Below are positions 11,977 to 22,783 of a stretch of 64,000 bases of DNA, piece by piece. Positions within the stretch are counted from its first letter, which is position 1. Each line of letters begins with the position of its first letter. Position numbers and translations under genes: made by a program. Under the pieces are notes generated by a model. It worked only from the letters and a program-made list of their open reading frames with translations. It ran no database searches and had not been told where the DNA came from. The stretch covers positions 1,367-65,366 of the forward strand of contig CANRMM010000001.1 of assembly GCA_947631745.1 (NCBI GenBank). Reading direction: 5' to 3'. The stretch is from an uncultured Clostridia bacterium (lineage in GTDB: Bacteria > Bacillota > Clostridia > TANB77 > CAG-508).

Positions 11977-14250
11977 TTAAATACATTGCAATTGATATGC
12001 TAATCCCGTATTTCTTTTTTTATTATCAACATTACGAATCATAAAATTTACAATATTTTTATTTCCTATAATAATAAGAAGTTTCTTAGCTCTTGTCATA
12101 CCTGTATATAGTAGATTTCTCGTTAATAACATCGGTGCAGTTTGACTAATTGGCATAATAACGACATCAAATTCACTACCTTGAGATTTATGCACAGTAA
12201 TAGCATAAGCATGCTCTATTTGTTCCAACTCATTAAATTGATACCATGCTAACTTATCATCATCAAATCGAATTTGCATTTGCTTTTCTTTTTCATTAAT
12301 ATTTTCAATAGTACCAAATTCCCCATTAAAAACGCCACTACCTGTTTCAAAGGTATTTCCATGTTTTTCCCAATACATTTCATAATTGTTTTTTATTTGC
12401 ATAATTCTATCTCCCTCACGGAAAATAGTTTCTCCAAATTTTCTTTCTTTTTTCGTCTCGTCTGCCGGATTTACAGTTTCTTGTAACTGCTTATTTAATT
12501 CTTTTGTTCCTAGTTCACCTTTTTTAGTTGGTGTTATTACTTGTATATTACGTAAAAAGTCATAATCTCCATATTTTTTTAATCTTTCTCCACTTAGTGA
12601 AATTACTTGATATAATATTTTACTTTTATTTCCTTCATCTATATAAAAGAAATCCTCTAGATAATTTTCTTCCATTTCTTCTTTTGAAATAAACCCATCC
12701 CCATCATTTACTCTGTGTGAATTCACTATAATTTTACTTTTAGCAGCCTGTCTAAAAATTTTATTAAGAGTAATTGTTGTAATTGTTTCTGACTCAATAA
12801 TATCTTTTAATACATTTCCAGGTCCCACAGAAGGAAGCTGATTAACATCTCCAACCAGCACTAATTTGGTTCCATTATAAATTGCCTTGCACAAATAATT
12901 CATTAAAAAAATATCTACCATAGACATCTCATCTACAATAATAATATCTGCATCTATAGGAGCAACTGAAAAATCCATATTTACATTTTGAGTATCATCT
13001 GAAACAATACTACCTATTTCTAAAAGCCTATGTAGTGTTTTTGCCTCGCTTCCTGTTGTTTCCGTCATTCGCTTTGCAGCTCTACCTGTAGGAGCACAAA
13101 GAACTGGTTTCATATTATTCTGTTTGTACAATTCTATTATAGTTTTTATAATAGTAGTTTTTCCCGTTCCAGGTCCACCGGTTATAACACACACATTATT
13201 TTCATTTATAGCTTTAATTGCTTCCTTTTGCATATCTGACAATTGAATATTAGACTGCTTTTCAACCAACTCTAATTCGTTCTTAAACCTATCAATATAT
13301 TTAATATTTTTATATCTATCCAATGTTATTAATTTTTCCGCAACTGCTTTTTCAGCCTTATAATATGGCATTAAATAAACCCATTCTTTATCTTCTATAT
13401 CCACAATAACTAGTTCATCTTTTGCTTTCATATTAATTAAAACATTTTCAATATATTCCTCTTCTATATGCAAAAGATTCTTCACGAATTGAATAAGATT
13501 ATCATATAAAACAGAGCAATGACCATTATAAGTAATTAAAACAAGAGCATGCTTTATTCCACTTCTAATACGTTTTTCATTTGTAATATCCATTCCAATA
13601 TCTAATGCCATTTTATCAATTTGACTAAAATCCACTTTATTCACTAAATCAACCAATAAATATGGATTAGCCTGTATTTCTTCCATTGCATTAACACCTA
13701 ATTTTTTATAAATTGTCTCCGCACTTTGTGGTCCTATTCCAAATTTATCTAAGAAACCAACTATTTGCCAAATTTCCCAATTTTCAATAAAGCTTTGTGC
13801 TATTTCAAATGCCCTATCCTTTGTAATTCCTTTAATTTGTGCTAATTTTTCTGGTTCCATTTTAAACACATGAATAGTTTCTTCTCCAAATGTTTCTATA
13901 ATTTTCTTTGCTGTAGATGGTCCTACTCCTTTAATAGTACCATTTGACAAATATCTTTCCAAAGCATCCAAGCTTTGTGGCAATACTTTTTCAAAAGTAT
14001 CTATTTTAAATTGCTCCCCATATTCAGGATGTTCTACCATATTTCCTATTGCCTTAATAGTATCTCCTACATTTATAAATGGAAGATATCCCACAATTGT
14101 AATTTCTTCATTATCTGTTTCAAATTCAGCAATGCAATAACTATTAAGTTCATTTTTATAAATAATTTCCTTTACTTCTCCTGTAATTTCCAAAGTCAAA
14201 AACCTCTCTACTTTTTTCACTATTTTATATGTATTTTTATGATTAATCAA
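11977..14250 (-). CDS. recD2: ATP-dependent RecD-like DNA helicase (RecD2).
   Basis: 757 aa. SF1 helicase motifs GGPGTGKTT and VDEMSMVD; N-terminal HhH region. Confidence 0.85.
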   Translation of the reverse strand: MINHKNTYKIVKKVERFLTLEITGEVKEIIYKNELNSYCIAEFETDNEEITIVGYLPFINVGDTIKAIGNMVEHPEYGEQFKIDTFEKVLPQSLDALERYLSNGTIKGVGPSTAKKIIETFGEETIHVFKMEPEKLAQIKGITKDRAFEIAQSFIENWEIWQIVGFLDKFGIGPQSAETIYKKLGVNAMEEIQANPYLLVDLVNKVDFSQIDKMALDIGMDITNEKRIRSGIKHALVLITYNGHCSVLYDNLIQFVKNLLHIEEEYIENVLINMKAKDELVIVDIEDKEWVYLMPYYKAEKAVAEKLITLDRYKNIKYIDRFKNELELVEKQSNIQLSDMQKEAIKAINENNVCVITGGPGTGKTTIIKTIIELYKQNNMKPVLCAPTGRAAKRMTETTGSEAKTLHRLLEIGSIVSDDTQNVNMDFSVAPIDADIIIVDEMSMVDIFLMNYLCKAIYNGTKLVLVGDVNQLPSVGPGNVLKDIIESETITTITLNKIFRQAAKSKIIVNSHRVNDGDGFISKEEMEENYLEDFFYIDEGNKSKILYQVISLSGERLKKYGDYDFLRNIQVITPTKKGELGTKELNKQLQETVNPADETKKERKFGETIFREGDRIMQIKNNYEMYWEKHGNTFETGSGVFNGEFGTIENINEKEKQMQIRFDDDKLAWYQFNELEQIEHAYAITVHKSQGSEFDVVIMPISQTAPMLLTRNLLYTGMTRAKKLLIIIGNKNIVNFMIRNVDNKKRNTGLAYQLQCI

Positions 14251-14267
14251 GATATTATTAACATAAT

Positions 14268-14296
14268 TTGAAAATTATTACATTTTATGGTATAAT
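14268..14296 (+). promoter_or_regulatory. Sigma-A promoter with extended -10 (TTGAAA-17nt-TGgTATAAT) for the 14445 gene.
   Basis: ttgaaaattattacattttatggtataat, read directly. Confidence 0.55.
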
Positions 14297-14326
14297 ATAA
14301 TGGTGTCAACAGAAATGTTGCATAAA

Positions 14327-14360
14327 AAGAATGTTAAATAACATTCTTTCCCTTTTTTCT
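14327..14360 (+). promoter_or_regulatory. Leader hairpin with downstream T-tract, possibly an attenuator.
   Basis: AAGAATGTT-aaat-AACATTCTT perfect stem followed by tcccttttttct. Lies between the promoter and the RBS of the 14445 gene. Confidence 0.4.
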
Positions 14361-14444
14361 CATACAAGAGGTGGAATTCCTAGCAGTCCCTTTTGTATGT
14401 TTACATATATAACTTTTGGCTCAATGTTTAAGGAGGTTTGTACA

Positions 14445-15662
14445 GTGAAAAACAAATTTCGGAGGCTTATGTGCCTCATCCTGACCCTGACCATGATGCT
14501 GTCCCTTGGGACTAGTGCTCACGCTCTGTCCATTGTGGACGACACCGATTCTGATTCCGATTCCGACATTCCTACTATTGTTGTAGATGGAGAATACACT
14601 ATCATCACCCCTGACTATGTTCTCGTAGATTCTTCTACTGGCGAAATCATATTTTTGGTTTCGTACGAGAATCTCTGCCAATGCATTCCTGTAATTGCCG
14701 AGCTTCCTCGTGATATTTTGGGAGATGCTCCCTACGACTTAGCTTATTGGGCTTCGATTTACGCCAAGGACGTCTATTTTGAAGATGGTTGTCTTTACAT
14801 CATCAATTATGGTAGTACTGATGGAGGTAACCTTTGGGTTCCAGATGATGATCCCTCTGATAATGATTCCAATGATAATAATTCTGATGATGGTGATCTT
14901 TGGATCCCTGATGATGACGACGACACCATTCCTGTTCTTCCGCTCCCTGAGCCGGAAAACAATAGTAACAATGACAGCAATAATAATAGTACTGGAAATG
15001 GTACTAACAATCCAACTAATCGGCCTACTGATGCCGACACATTAGCTGTTGTGTATGTAAATGGAGTACGTGTAACTGGCGTCAACGTTTATGTTAGGAA
15101 CGCCTTCTCAAAGGACAATTCCGGCACAGCATTGATTTTCCTTCCTTCTAATGATATTCCTGCTCTCTTTCCTAAAGAGACAGAAAACACATTTTTCAGT
15201 GAAGGATATGAAGAGTCCCGCCTGGAAGATTGGGCAGAGCGCTATGATTACAAGCTTGTAACCTATGGCAATAACGTTTTTCTAAACAACAACGGAGAGA
15301 CTCCGGGGTTGCTGAGACTAAACGGAACGCAAGTTGACTGTCAGTACTGTAGCGCAACTGTAAAATCTCCTGGTGTCACATTTGTTCCTTTAAAGATAGT
15401 TTCAGAATATTTTGGGTGTGTTACTGAATGGAGTCCTGAATATCCTAAGCGAGTAGTCGTCAGAAGAGATGGCTCAACAATGATACTCTGGATTGGTAAC
15501 ACAACTTATTGGGTTGATGGCACATACAAGCAAATAGAAGTTGCACCTTTCGTACGTAACGATACCACTTTAGTGCCCATTCGCATTATTATTCAAGAAT
15601 TAGGCTATAATGTCAAGTGGTCTGTAGAAGATGGCATCTGCATAGTAGAAATTACAAACTAA
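14445..15662 (+). CDS. Secreted protein with an Asp-rich low-complexity region and a C-terminal copper-amine-oxidase-N-terminal-like domain.
   Basis: GTG start 8 nt after AAGGAGG. Signal peptide KNKFRRLMCLILTLTMMLSLGTSAHA. About 45% GC against a roughly 28% GC background. Confidence 0.6.
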   Translation: MKNKFRRLMCLILTLTMMLSLGTSAHALSIVDDTDSDSDSDIPTIVVDGEYTIITPDYVLVDSSTGEIIFLVSYENLCQCIPVIAELPRDILGDAPYDLAYWASIYAKDVYFEDGCLYIINYGSTDGGNLWVPDDDPSDNDSNDNNSDDGDLWIPDDDDDTIPVLPLPEPENNSNNDSNNNSTGNGTNNPTNRPTDADTLAVVYVNGVRVTGVNVYVRNAFSKDNSGTALIFLPSNDIPALFPKETENTFFSEGYEESRLEDWAERYDYKLVTYGNNVFLNNNGETPGLLRLNGTQVDCQYCSATVKSPGVTFVPLKIVSEYFGCVTEWSPEYPKRVVVRRDGSTMILWIGNTTYWVDGTYKQIEVAPFVRNDTTLVPIRIIIQELGYNVKWSVEDGICIVEITN

Positions 15663-15698
15663 TAATCGTTCGAGCGAATTCCTAAAGAACGATTACTC

Positions 15699-15739
15699 CC
15701 CCTCCAGTCACAATGTGACTGATGGGGGAATTTTTTTAT
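15699..15739 (+). terminator. Rho-independent terminator of the 14445 gene.
   Basis: CCCCCTCCAGTCACA...TGTGACTGATGGGGG followed by aattttttt. Confidence 0.65.
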
Positions 15740-15744
15740 GCTTT

Positions 15745-16098
15745 TTAAGATTTATCTATACTATCCATTAACTCTTTACAATCCTTCCATTGTATTGGCT
15801 TAACACACTCGTATTCTGTGCTGAGTCGATTCAAAATCTTCATTGTATCATCAACAGAATCTAAATCTGTTACAATAATATTTTTTACATATTCTTCTTT
15901 TCCATAAATCAAACGAAATAAAATACTCCTTAAAAAACACTCTATCTTTTCTTCTTGATTTTTAGCAGCAATAATCATATAAATTCCATCTGATTTCAAT
16001 TTTGTATATGTACATATATATATTATATTTTTGATAACCTCAAATAGCCCATACAAGGCCAATACCCAAAAGATTCCATAAATGAAAAAATCCAACAT
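15745..16098 (-). CDS. Hypothetical small membrane protein.
   Basis: 117 aa. N-terminal hydrophobic helix. No recognisable family. Confidence 0.4.
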   Translation of the reverse strand: MLDFFIYGIFWVLALYGLFEVIKNIIYICTYTKLKSDGIYMIIAAKNQEEKIECFLRSILFRLIYGKEEYVKNIIVTDLDSVDDTMKILNRLSTEYECVKPIQWKDCKELMDSIDKS

Positions 16099-16184
16099 AT
16101 TATCCCTTCTTTCAGTATTCCTTTTATATTATATGAACTTTTTTACTTTTTGTGTTAGAAAAATGTATTCATAAAAAATTAGGC

Positions 16185-16212
16185 AAAAAAATAAGAGATT
16201 AAAAAATCTCTC
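16185..16212 (-). terminator. Terminator at the end of the ribosomal-protein cluster (after rplQ).
   Basis: GAGATT/AATCTC stem with T-run on the minus strand. Confidence 0.5.
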
Positions 16213-16239
16213 ATTTTTTCTTTTATACAACTCTTTATA

Positions 16240-16764
16240 TCAAACTAATTCTAATATAACCTTTTCAGCTGCATCTCCTCTTCTTTGTCCAAGTTTTAGG
16301 ATACGTGTATATCCTCCAACTCTCTCTGCATATTTTGGAGCAATATCTTCAAATAATTTTGCAACTAAATCTATATTTTTTCCTTCACTATCTTTAACTT
16401 TATTTAATTTTGTCATAATTTTTCTTCTTGCATTTAATCTTGAAGGCATATCTTTTTGTCTCTTTTCAGTAGTTTCTTCTCTTACTACTCTTAGATATTC
16501 TTTACCATTTTTGCTCTTTACAAGCTCAGTTACTTTATTACCTTTACTATCTAATTTTGCCTTAGAAACTTTAACATCTACTAATTCAAAATTGTCTTTT
16601 TCTTTAATAGCAAGTGCAATAATACTATCAACTATTGCTTTTGTCTCTTTTGCTCTAGCTTCAGTTGTTTCGATTTTTCCATGTAATATTAAGTCTGTAG
16701 CTTGTGATTTTAACATTGCTAATCTAATGTCTGTTGTTCTGCCTAACTTTCTATTTACTGCCAC
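16240..16764 (-). CDS. rplQ: 50S ribosomal protein L17 (long form, 174 aa, with an internal insertion).
   Basis: N-terminus [22 protein letters not shown] and C-terminus [25 protein letters not shown] match L17. Confidence 0.85.
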   Translation of the reverse strand: MAVNRKLGRTTDIRLAMLKSQATDLILHGKIETTEARAKETKAIVDSIIALAIKEKDNFELVDVKVSKAKLDSKGNKVTELVKSKNGKEYLRVVREETTEKRQKDMPSRLNARRKIMTKLNKVKDSEGKNIDLVAKLFEDIAPKYAERVGGYTRILKLGQRRGDAAEKVILELV

Positions 16765-16785
16765 TGTATTTCCCTCCTTAATTTT

Positions 16786-17733
16786 CTATTCTTCATCTCT
16801 TATAAAATCTAAACCTAATAAATGTAGCTTATTAGTTACTTCATCCAATGATTTCTTACCTAAATTTCTTACTTTCATCATATCTGCTATAGTTCTATTT
16901 GTTAAATCTTCAACAGTTGAAATTCCAGCTCTTTTCAAGCAATTGAATGATCTTACTGATAGTTCCAAATCTTCAATTGACATTTCTAGAACTTTTTCTT
17001 TCTTTGTTTCTTCTTTTTCAACCATAACTTGTGTATTCTTTGCAGTTTCTGATAAATCTATAAATAAATCTAAATGTCCCGTCATAACTTTTGCAGCTAA
17101 GCTTAATGCTTCATATGGTTTTAAGCTTCCATCTGTCCAAACTTCAATTGTTAATCTATCATAATCTACTCTTTGACCAACTCTGGTATTTTCTACCGCA
17201 TAGTTTACCTTCTTTACTGGTGTAAAAATTGAATCTATTGGTAATACTCCTAAAGCTTGTTCAGGTTTTTTGTTCTTTTCAGCAGTATTATATCCTCTTC
17301 CCATTTCTGCTGTAAGCTCCATTTTTAAATTTCCGCCTTCTCCAACAGTTGCAATATGTAAATCTGGATTTAATACTTCTACTGTACCATCTGTAATAAT
17401 ATCTCCTGCTTTTACTTCTCCTGGTCCTTTAAAATCTATTCTTAGCATTTTTTCTTCATTTTTATCTAGTTTTAATCTAACACTTTTTAAATTAACAACT
17501 ATTTCTGGAACATCCTCTACTACATCTTTAACTGTAGAAAACTCATGTAGAACTCCATCTATTTTTATGCTTGTAATAGCACTTCCAGGAAGTGATGATA
17601 GCAATATTCTTCTTAATGAATTTCCGATTGTAATACCATATCCTCTTTCTAATGGTTCACAAGCAAATTTTGCATAATTGCCATCCTTGCCAATTTCTAA
17701 GCATTTAATATTTGGTTTTTCAAATTCTATCAT
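16786..17733 (-). CDS. rpoA: DNA-directed RNA polymerase alpha subunit.
   Basis: 315 aa, RpoA similarity. Confidence 0.95.
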   Translation of the reverse strand: MIEFEKPNIKCLEIGKDGNYAKFACEPLERGYGITIGNSLRRILLSSLPGSAITSIKIDGVLHEFSTVKDVVEDVPEIVVNLKSVRLKLDKNEEKMLRIDFKGPGEVKAGDIITDGTVEVLNPDLHIATVGEGGNLKMELTAEMGRGYNTAEKNKKPEQALGVLPIDSIFTPVKKVNYAVENTRVGQRVDYDRLTIEVWTDGSLKPYEALSLAAKVMTGHLDLFIDLSETAKNTQVMVEKEETKKEKVLEMSIEDLELSVRSFNCLKRAGISTVEDLTNRTIADMMKVRNLGKKSLDEVTNKLHLLGLDFIRDEE

Positions 17734-17774
17734 TTTTACCTCCTAAATTTAGAAACATATCACTTCTCAGCCGA

Positions 17775-18401
17775 TTATTTTGAGTAAAGCTCTACTATTA
17801 AGTGTTCCTCTACTGGTAAGTCAACATCTGCTCTTTCTGCTAATCTTACTACTTTTCCACTTAATTTTTTTGCATCCTTTTCTAACCATTCTGGAACAGG
17901 TCTTGCGCCATTGGCTTCAACATTTACCTTAATTGCTCCATTATCTTTTCTGATTTCTCTTACACTAACAATATCTCCTGCTTTTACTAAATATGATGGA
18001 ATATCTACTTTTTGACCATTTACTTCAAAAGCACCATGTGTAATAAGCATTCTAGCTTGAGCTCTTGAACTTCCATATCCTAATCTATATACTACATTAT
18101 CTAATCTGCTTTCTAGTATTTGAAGTAAAACTTCACCAGTTTTTCCTCTTGTTTTAGAAGCCATATCAAAATATTTTCTAAATTGTTTTTCATTTACACC
18201 ATAAAATGCTTTTGTTTTTTGTTTTTCTCTTAACTGTGTTCCATACTCTGAAAGTTTTTTCTTTTTTTGTCCATTTTGTCCTGGAGCATAGTTTCTTCTT
18301 GAAATACTGCATTTATCTGTGTAACATCTTGTGCCTTTTAAGAACAACTTTTGTCCTTCTCTACGACAAATACGGCATTGTTCGTCTTTATATCTTGCCA
18401 T
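17775..18401 (-). CDS. rpsD: 30S ribosomal protein S4.
   Basis: 208 aa, [23 protein letters not shown]. Confidence 0.95.
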   Translation of the reverse strand: MARYKDEQCRICRREGQKLFLKGTRCYTDKCSISRRNYAPGQNGQKKKKLSEYGTQLREKQKTKAFYGVNEKQFRKYFDMASKTRGKTGEVLLQILESRLDNVVYRLGYGSSRAQARMLITHGAFEVNGQKVDIPSYLVKAGDIVSVREIRKDNGAIKVNVEANGARPVPEWLEKDAKKLSGKVVRLAERADVDLPVEEHLIVELYSK

Positions 18402-18426
18402 TTTAAAATTTCACCTTCCTTAAAAA

Positions 18427-18825
18427 TTATACTCTTCTTCTTTTTGGTGGTCTACAACCATTATGTGGTATTGGAGTTACATCCTTAATACTACTAATTT
18501 CTAATCCTGCTGATTGTAATGACCTAATAGCTGCTTCACGTCCTGAACCTGGACCTTTTACATATACTTCTACTGTTTTTAATCCATGTTCCATAGCTGC
18601 TTTAGCTGCTGTTTCTGCTGCTTCACCAGCTGCAAACGGTGTGCTTTTTCTTGAACCTTTGAATCCTAATTCTCCAGCACTTGCCCAAGATAAAACATTA
18701 CCTTGTGTATCGCTAATTGTAACTATTGTATTATTAAAACTAGAATGAATATGAGCCATTCCTTTTTCAATGTTTTTTCTATCTTTTCTTCTAGTTACTT
18801 TCTTTGTTACATTCTTTGTAGCCAT
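18427..18825 (-). CDS. rpsK: 30S ribosomal protein S11. Start moved to the internal ATG preceded by AAGGAGG.
   Basis: [36 protein letters not shown]... matches S11. Confidence 0.9.
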   Translation of the reverse strand: MATKNVTKKVTRRKDRKNIEKGMAHIHSSFNNTIVTISDTQGNVLSWASAGELGFKGSRKSTPFAAGEAAETAAKAAMEHGLKTVEVYVKGPGSGREAAIRSLQSAGLEISSIKDVTPIPHNGCRPPKRRRV

Positions 18826-18886
18826 TTTCTTATTTTCCTCCTTTTTGAATTTCAAACCTGTACTTTTATAACCTTTAATTTACTTA

Positions 18887-19258
18887 CTATTTTGCTGCTT
18901 TGCTCTTGCTTACTAATTTTCTTGGTCCTTTTCTTGTACGAGCATTTGTTTTTGTTCTTTGGCCTCTTACTGGAAGACCTTTTCTATGTCTAATTCCTCT
19001 ATAACAACCAATTTCTGTTAATCTTTTAATATTTAAAGCAACTTCTCTACGTAAGTCTCCTTCTACTTTATAACCATCCATAGCTTTTCTAATTGCTTGT
19101 ACTTGGTCATCTGTTAAATCTTTTACTCTAACATCTGGACTTACTTTTGCATCCTTTAATATTTTTTGTGAGCTGGCTAAACCAATACCATAAATGTATG
19201 TTAATCCAACCTCAACTCTTTTTTCTCTAGGTAAATCTACGCCTGCTATACGAGCCAT
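18887..19258 (-). CDS. rpsM: 30S ribosomal protein S13. Start at [10 protein letters not shown].
   Basis: Canonical S13 N-terminus at the internal ATG, preceded by GGAGGTG. Confidence 0.9.
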   Translation of the reverse strand: MARIAGVDLPREKRVEVGLTYIYGIGLASSQKILKDAKVSPDVRVKDLTDDQVQAIRKAMDGYKVEGDLRREVALNIKRLTEIGCYRGIRHRKGLPVRGQRTKTNARTRKGPRKLVSKSKAAK

Positions 19259-19472
19259 AATTTTCCTTGCACCTCCAATTAATTTTCTTTTTTTAGTTAA
19301 TTTTTGTTTGTACGCCATTAAAGGTGAAATGCATCGGTTAAATACCGATCTTTAAAAACATTACAAACAATATATAAAACACAAATCTGATATATAACCT
19401 TATATATGACCTATCAATCATATATAAAGCTACAGCCGCTAATCTTAAGATTTGTGTTATTACCAATTTTAA

Positions 19473-19586
19473 TTATCCTTGTCTTTGCTTATGTTTTGGG
19501 TTATCACAGATAACTCTAATGACACCTTTTCTTTTTATTACTTTACATTTTTCGCATATTTTCTTTACAGATGGTCTTACTTTCAT
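19473..19586 (-). CDS. rpmJ: 50S ribosomal protein L36.
   Basis: Translates to [37 protein letters not shown]. Below the ORF-track length cutoff. Confidence 0.85.
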   Translation of the reverse strand: MKVRPSVKKICEKCKVIKRKGVIRVICDNPKHKQRQG

Positions 19587-19630
19587 TTCTTTCACCTCAA
19601 CTTAACTTGTTTTATACTTATATTTGAAGA

Positions 19631-19849
19631 TTATTTTGCTCTCCATGTAATTCTACCACGAGTAAGGTCATAAGGTGATAACTCTACTTTTACCTTATCC
19701 CCTGGAAGAATTTTAATATAATTCATTCTTAATTTTCCAGAGATATGAGCTAATATTTGATGTCCATTTTCTAGCTCAACTTTAAAATTAGTATTAGGTA
19801 AAGTTTCTATAACTGTTCCTTCTACCTCTATAACATCTTCTTTTGACAT
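19631..19849 (-). CDS. infA: Translation initiation factor IF-1.
   Basis: [70 protein letters not shown]. Confidence 0.9.
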   Translation of the reverse strand: MSKEDVIEVEGTVIETLPNTNFKVELENGHQILAHISGKLRMNYIKILPGDKVKVELSPYDLTRGRITWRAK

Positions 19850-19911
19850 ATAATCCTCCATATAGACAATTCTCTATTTTAAAACAATATCTTTGATATT
19901 ATACTATAGAA

Positions 19912-20682
19912 TTAAACCAATGTCAATACTTCTGGTTCTTTTTCAGTAATTAAAATCGTATTTTCATAATGTGCAGATAAGCTTCCATCATCTGTTAAAA
20001 TTGTCCACCCATCTTCATCTTGATAGATATCATGTTTTCCTGCTATTACCATTGGTTCAATTGCTAAAGTCATTCCTGGCTCTAGCCTTATGCCTTTACC
20101 AGCTTTTCCATAGTTTGGTATTCCTGGATCTTCATGCATTTCTCTTCCAATACCATGTCCCTGAAATTCTCGAACAACACTATAGCCATTTTTTTCTACA
20201 TATTCTCCTATTGCATGAGAAATATCTCCAATACGATTTCCTGGTTTTGCATATTGAATTCCCTCAAAAAATGCCTGTTTTGTAACTTCTACCAAGTTTT
20301 TAGCCTCTTTTGAAGCATTACCAACAATAAAAGTCCTTGCTGCATCACCATTAAATCCATTTTTACATACAACCAAATCTACACTCACTAAATCTCCATC
20401 ATGAATAATTTTATGGGCAGATGGAATTCCATGAATAACCTCATCATTAATAGAAATGCATAGAGTGGCAGGGAAATTAGGAACTCCCCTCATTCCACTT
20501 GGATAACCTTTTTGTGCAGGTATTCCTCCATTTTCATGAATCACTTTCTCAGCAAACTTATCAAGTTCCAAAGTGGACATACCTGGTTTAATAACTTTTT
20601 CTATTTCTTTATATACTAGGCTTGTAATTCTACAAGCCTCTTTCATCAATTCTATTTCCTTTTTTGATTTTATTGTTACCAA
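19912..20682 (-). CDS. map: Methionine aminopeptidase type I.
   Basis: 256 aa, MetAP similarity. Confidence 0.9.
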   Translation of the reverse strand: MVTIKSKKEIELMKEACRITSLVYKEIEKVIKPGMSTLELDKFAEKVIHENGGIPAQKGYPSGMRGVPNFPATLCISINDEVIHGIPSAHKIIHDGDLVSVDLVVCKNGFNGDAARTFIVGNASKEAKNLVEVTKQAFFEGIQYAKPGNRIGDISHAIGEYVEKNGYSVVREFQGHGIGREMHEDPGIPNYGKAGKGIRLEPGMTLAIEPMVIAGKHDIYQDEDGWTILTDDGSLSAHYENTILITEKEPEVLTLV

Positions 20683-20683
20683 T

Positions 20684-21340
20684 CTAATTACTTCCTTTTA
20701 AATGCTCTTTTATATTATTAACAGCCTCATCCAAATTTTTTGGACAAACAGAATATAATGTATTGTTTCCTTTATAAAAGTCTAATAATTCTTGTGAATT
20801 TTGATGATATACTACCAATCTTTTTCTTACAGTTTCCTCATTATCATCATCTCTTTTTACCAATTTACTACCACAAATATCACAAATTCCTTTTTCCTTT
20901 GGAGGTCTTGTTTCCAAATTATAAATTGCTCCACAAGATTTATTTGAACAAGTTAATCTGCCAGCTAGTCTTTTTACAATTACATCATCAGGCACATTAA
21001 GTTCAATGGCAATTTGAGATTGATTCGGCCTTTTTTCTGTTAAAAATTCTGATAAAGCTTTTGCTTGTACAGCTGTTCTAGCAAATCCATCTAATATTGC
21101 TCCATCCGCTACATCATCTTCAGATAGGCGAGCCTTAATCATTCCCATTGTAACATCATCTGGAACTAATAGTCCTTGCTTCATATATCCTTCAGCTTTT
21201 TTTCCAAGCTCTGTTTGATTACTAATTTGTTCACGGAAAATATCTCCTGTTGACAAATGTTTTAAGTTCATATCTTGAGATAATATTTTTCCAATGGTAC
21301 CCTTCCCAGTACCAGGTGCTCCTAACATTACTATATACAT
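20684..21340 (-). CDS. adk: Adenylate kinase (with zinc lid).
   Basis: GAPGTGKGT P-loop, lid with CxxC...CDICG. Confidence 0.9.
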   Translation of the reverse strand: MYIVMLGAPGTGKGTIGKILSQDMNLKHLSTGDIFREQISNQTELGKKAEGYMKQGLLVPDDVTMGMIKARLSEDDVADGAILDGFARTAVQAKALSEFLTEKRPNQSQIAIELNVPDDVIVKRLAGRLTCSNKSCGAIYNLETRPPKEKGICDICGSKLVKRDDDNEETVRKRLVVYHQNSQELLDFYKGNNTLYSVCPKNLDEAVNNIKEHLKGSN

Positions 21341-21439
21341 AATATTCTTACCTCTCTATATGGTTTTATCTTTAATAATTAAACACAATCAGAGGCAAAC
21401 AGCAATTGATTTTGCCACCTGTCCTCTGATAATTTTATA

Positions 21440-22783
21440 TTATTCTAAGAATCCTTTATAATGTCTCATAACAAGTTGTGACTCTAATTGTTGTACCATT
21501 TCAAGTGCAACACCCACAACAATTAAGATTGAAGTTCCACCAAATGCTAAGTCTAATCCTGGAATGAATCTAACTAGCATTGGAAGAATTGCAATAATGG
21601 CTAAGAATAAACCTCCAAACCAAGTTAATTTTCCAATAATTGATGACAGATAATCTGTTGTTGGTTTACCGGCTCTAATACCTGGTATAAATCCACCATT
21701 TCTCTTAATATTATTTGAAACTTCTGCTGGATTAAATGTAGCATATGTATAGAAGAATGTAAATCCAACAATTAATAGAATATATACTAAAGCATTAGCA
21801 ATTGTGTATCCCATTGGTAATGTTTCAGTTCCTATAGTTGTAGTTGAAGTTGCTATTGAAAATTTATAAATAACTGCCCAAAATCCTGTTTCAGTTGCAA
21901 TATTTGGTGCAAACATTTGAATAATCATTGCTGGGAATGTCATAAATGATGAAGCAAAGATAATAGGCATTACTCCTGCCATAGCAAGTTTTAATGGAAT
22001 ATGTGTATTTTGTGCTCCTACCATTTTTCTTCCTACAACTCTTTTTGAATATTGTACTGGAACTTTTCTTTCAGCTTCTTGTACAAATACAACTCCTGAT
22101 ACCAAAATAATTGCTCCAATAATAATTCCTAATGTCATTAATAATCCTACTGTAAAAGTAGTTCCTGCTGCTCCACTTAATAGGTTCCAGAATGTTCCTA
22201 ATACTTGTGGAAGTCCTGCAATAATACCAACAAAAATAATCATAGAAATACCATTTCCAATTCCTTTGTTAGTGATTTCATCACCTAGCCACATAAGTAA
22301 TGCTGTTCCTGCCATTAATGAAATAACAACTATAAATCCATTTAAGAAACTAGCTTCCATAAATATTCCTGTAGAACTATATGATAAATATAATCCAATT
22401 CCTTCAATTAAAGCTAGTACAACTGTTAAGATTTTAGTATACTTATTTATCTTTCTTCTTCCTTCTTCTCCACCTTCTTTAGTTAATCTTTCCAAAGCAG
22501 GTATAACCATAGCTAATAATTGTATTACGATTGATGCTGTAATATATGGGCTTATTGACATTGCAAAAATAGAAAATCTTGAAAAAGCTCCTCCTGAAAT
22601 CATATCAATAAGTCCTGCCATTCCGTTATTTGAAGTTCTCATATATTCAGCAAGTGTGAATGTATCTACTCCTGGAACTGTTATCCAGCATCCAAATCTA
22701 AAGATAACAATTAATAATAATGTATATAATATTTTCTTTCTAACGTCTGGCGTTTTTAGTGCATTTTTTATTGTTTTAAACAA
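21440..22783 (-). CDS. secY: Preprotein translocase subunit SecY.
   Basis: 447 aa polytopic membrane protein with SecY similarity. Confidence 0.95.
   Translation of the reverse strand: MFKTIKNALKTPDVRKKILYTLLLIVIFRFGCWITVPGVDTFTLAEYMRTSNNGMAGLIDMISGGAFSRFSIFAMSISPYITASIVIQLLAMVIPALERLTKEGGEEGRRKINKYTKILTVVLALIEGIGLYLSYSSTGIFMEASFLNGFIVVISLMAGTALLMWLGDEITNKGIGNGISMIIFVGIIAGLPQVLGTFWNLLSGAAGTTFTVGLLMTLGIIIGAIILVSGVVFVQEAERKVPVQYSKRVVGRKMVGAQNTHIPLKLAMAGVMPIIFASSFMTFPAMIIQMFAPNIATETGFWAVIYKFSIATSTTTIGTETLPMGYTIANALVYILLIVGFTFFYTYATFNPAEVSNNIKRNGGFIPGIRAGKPTTDYLSSIIGKLTWFGGLFLAIIAILPMLVRFIPGLDLAFGGTSILIVVGVALEMVQQLESQLVMRHYKGFLE

Noticed and set aside
14421-15085. ORFs 14421..14681(-), 14779..15045(+) and 14807..15085(-) overlapping the 14445..15662 gene.
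   Set aside because: Artefacts of the locally high GC content, which removes stop codons. No start or RBS context. The signal-peptide-bearing plus-strand frame is the real gene.
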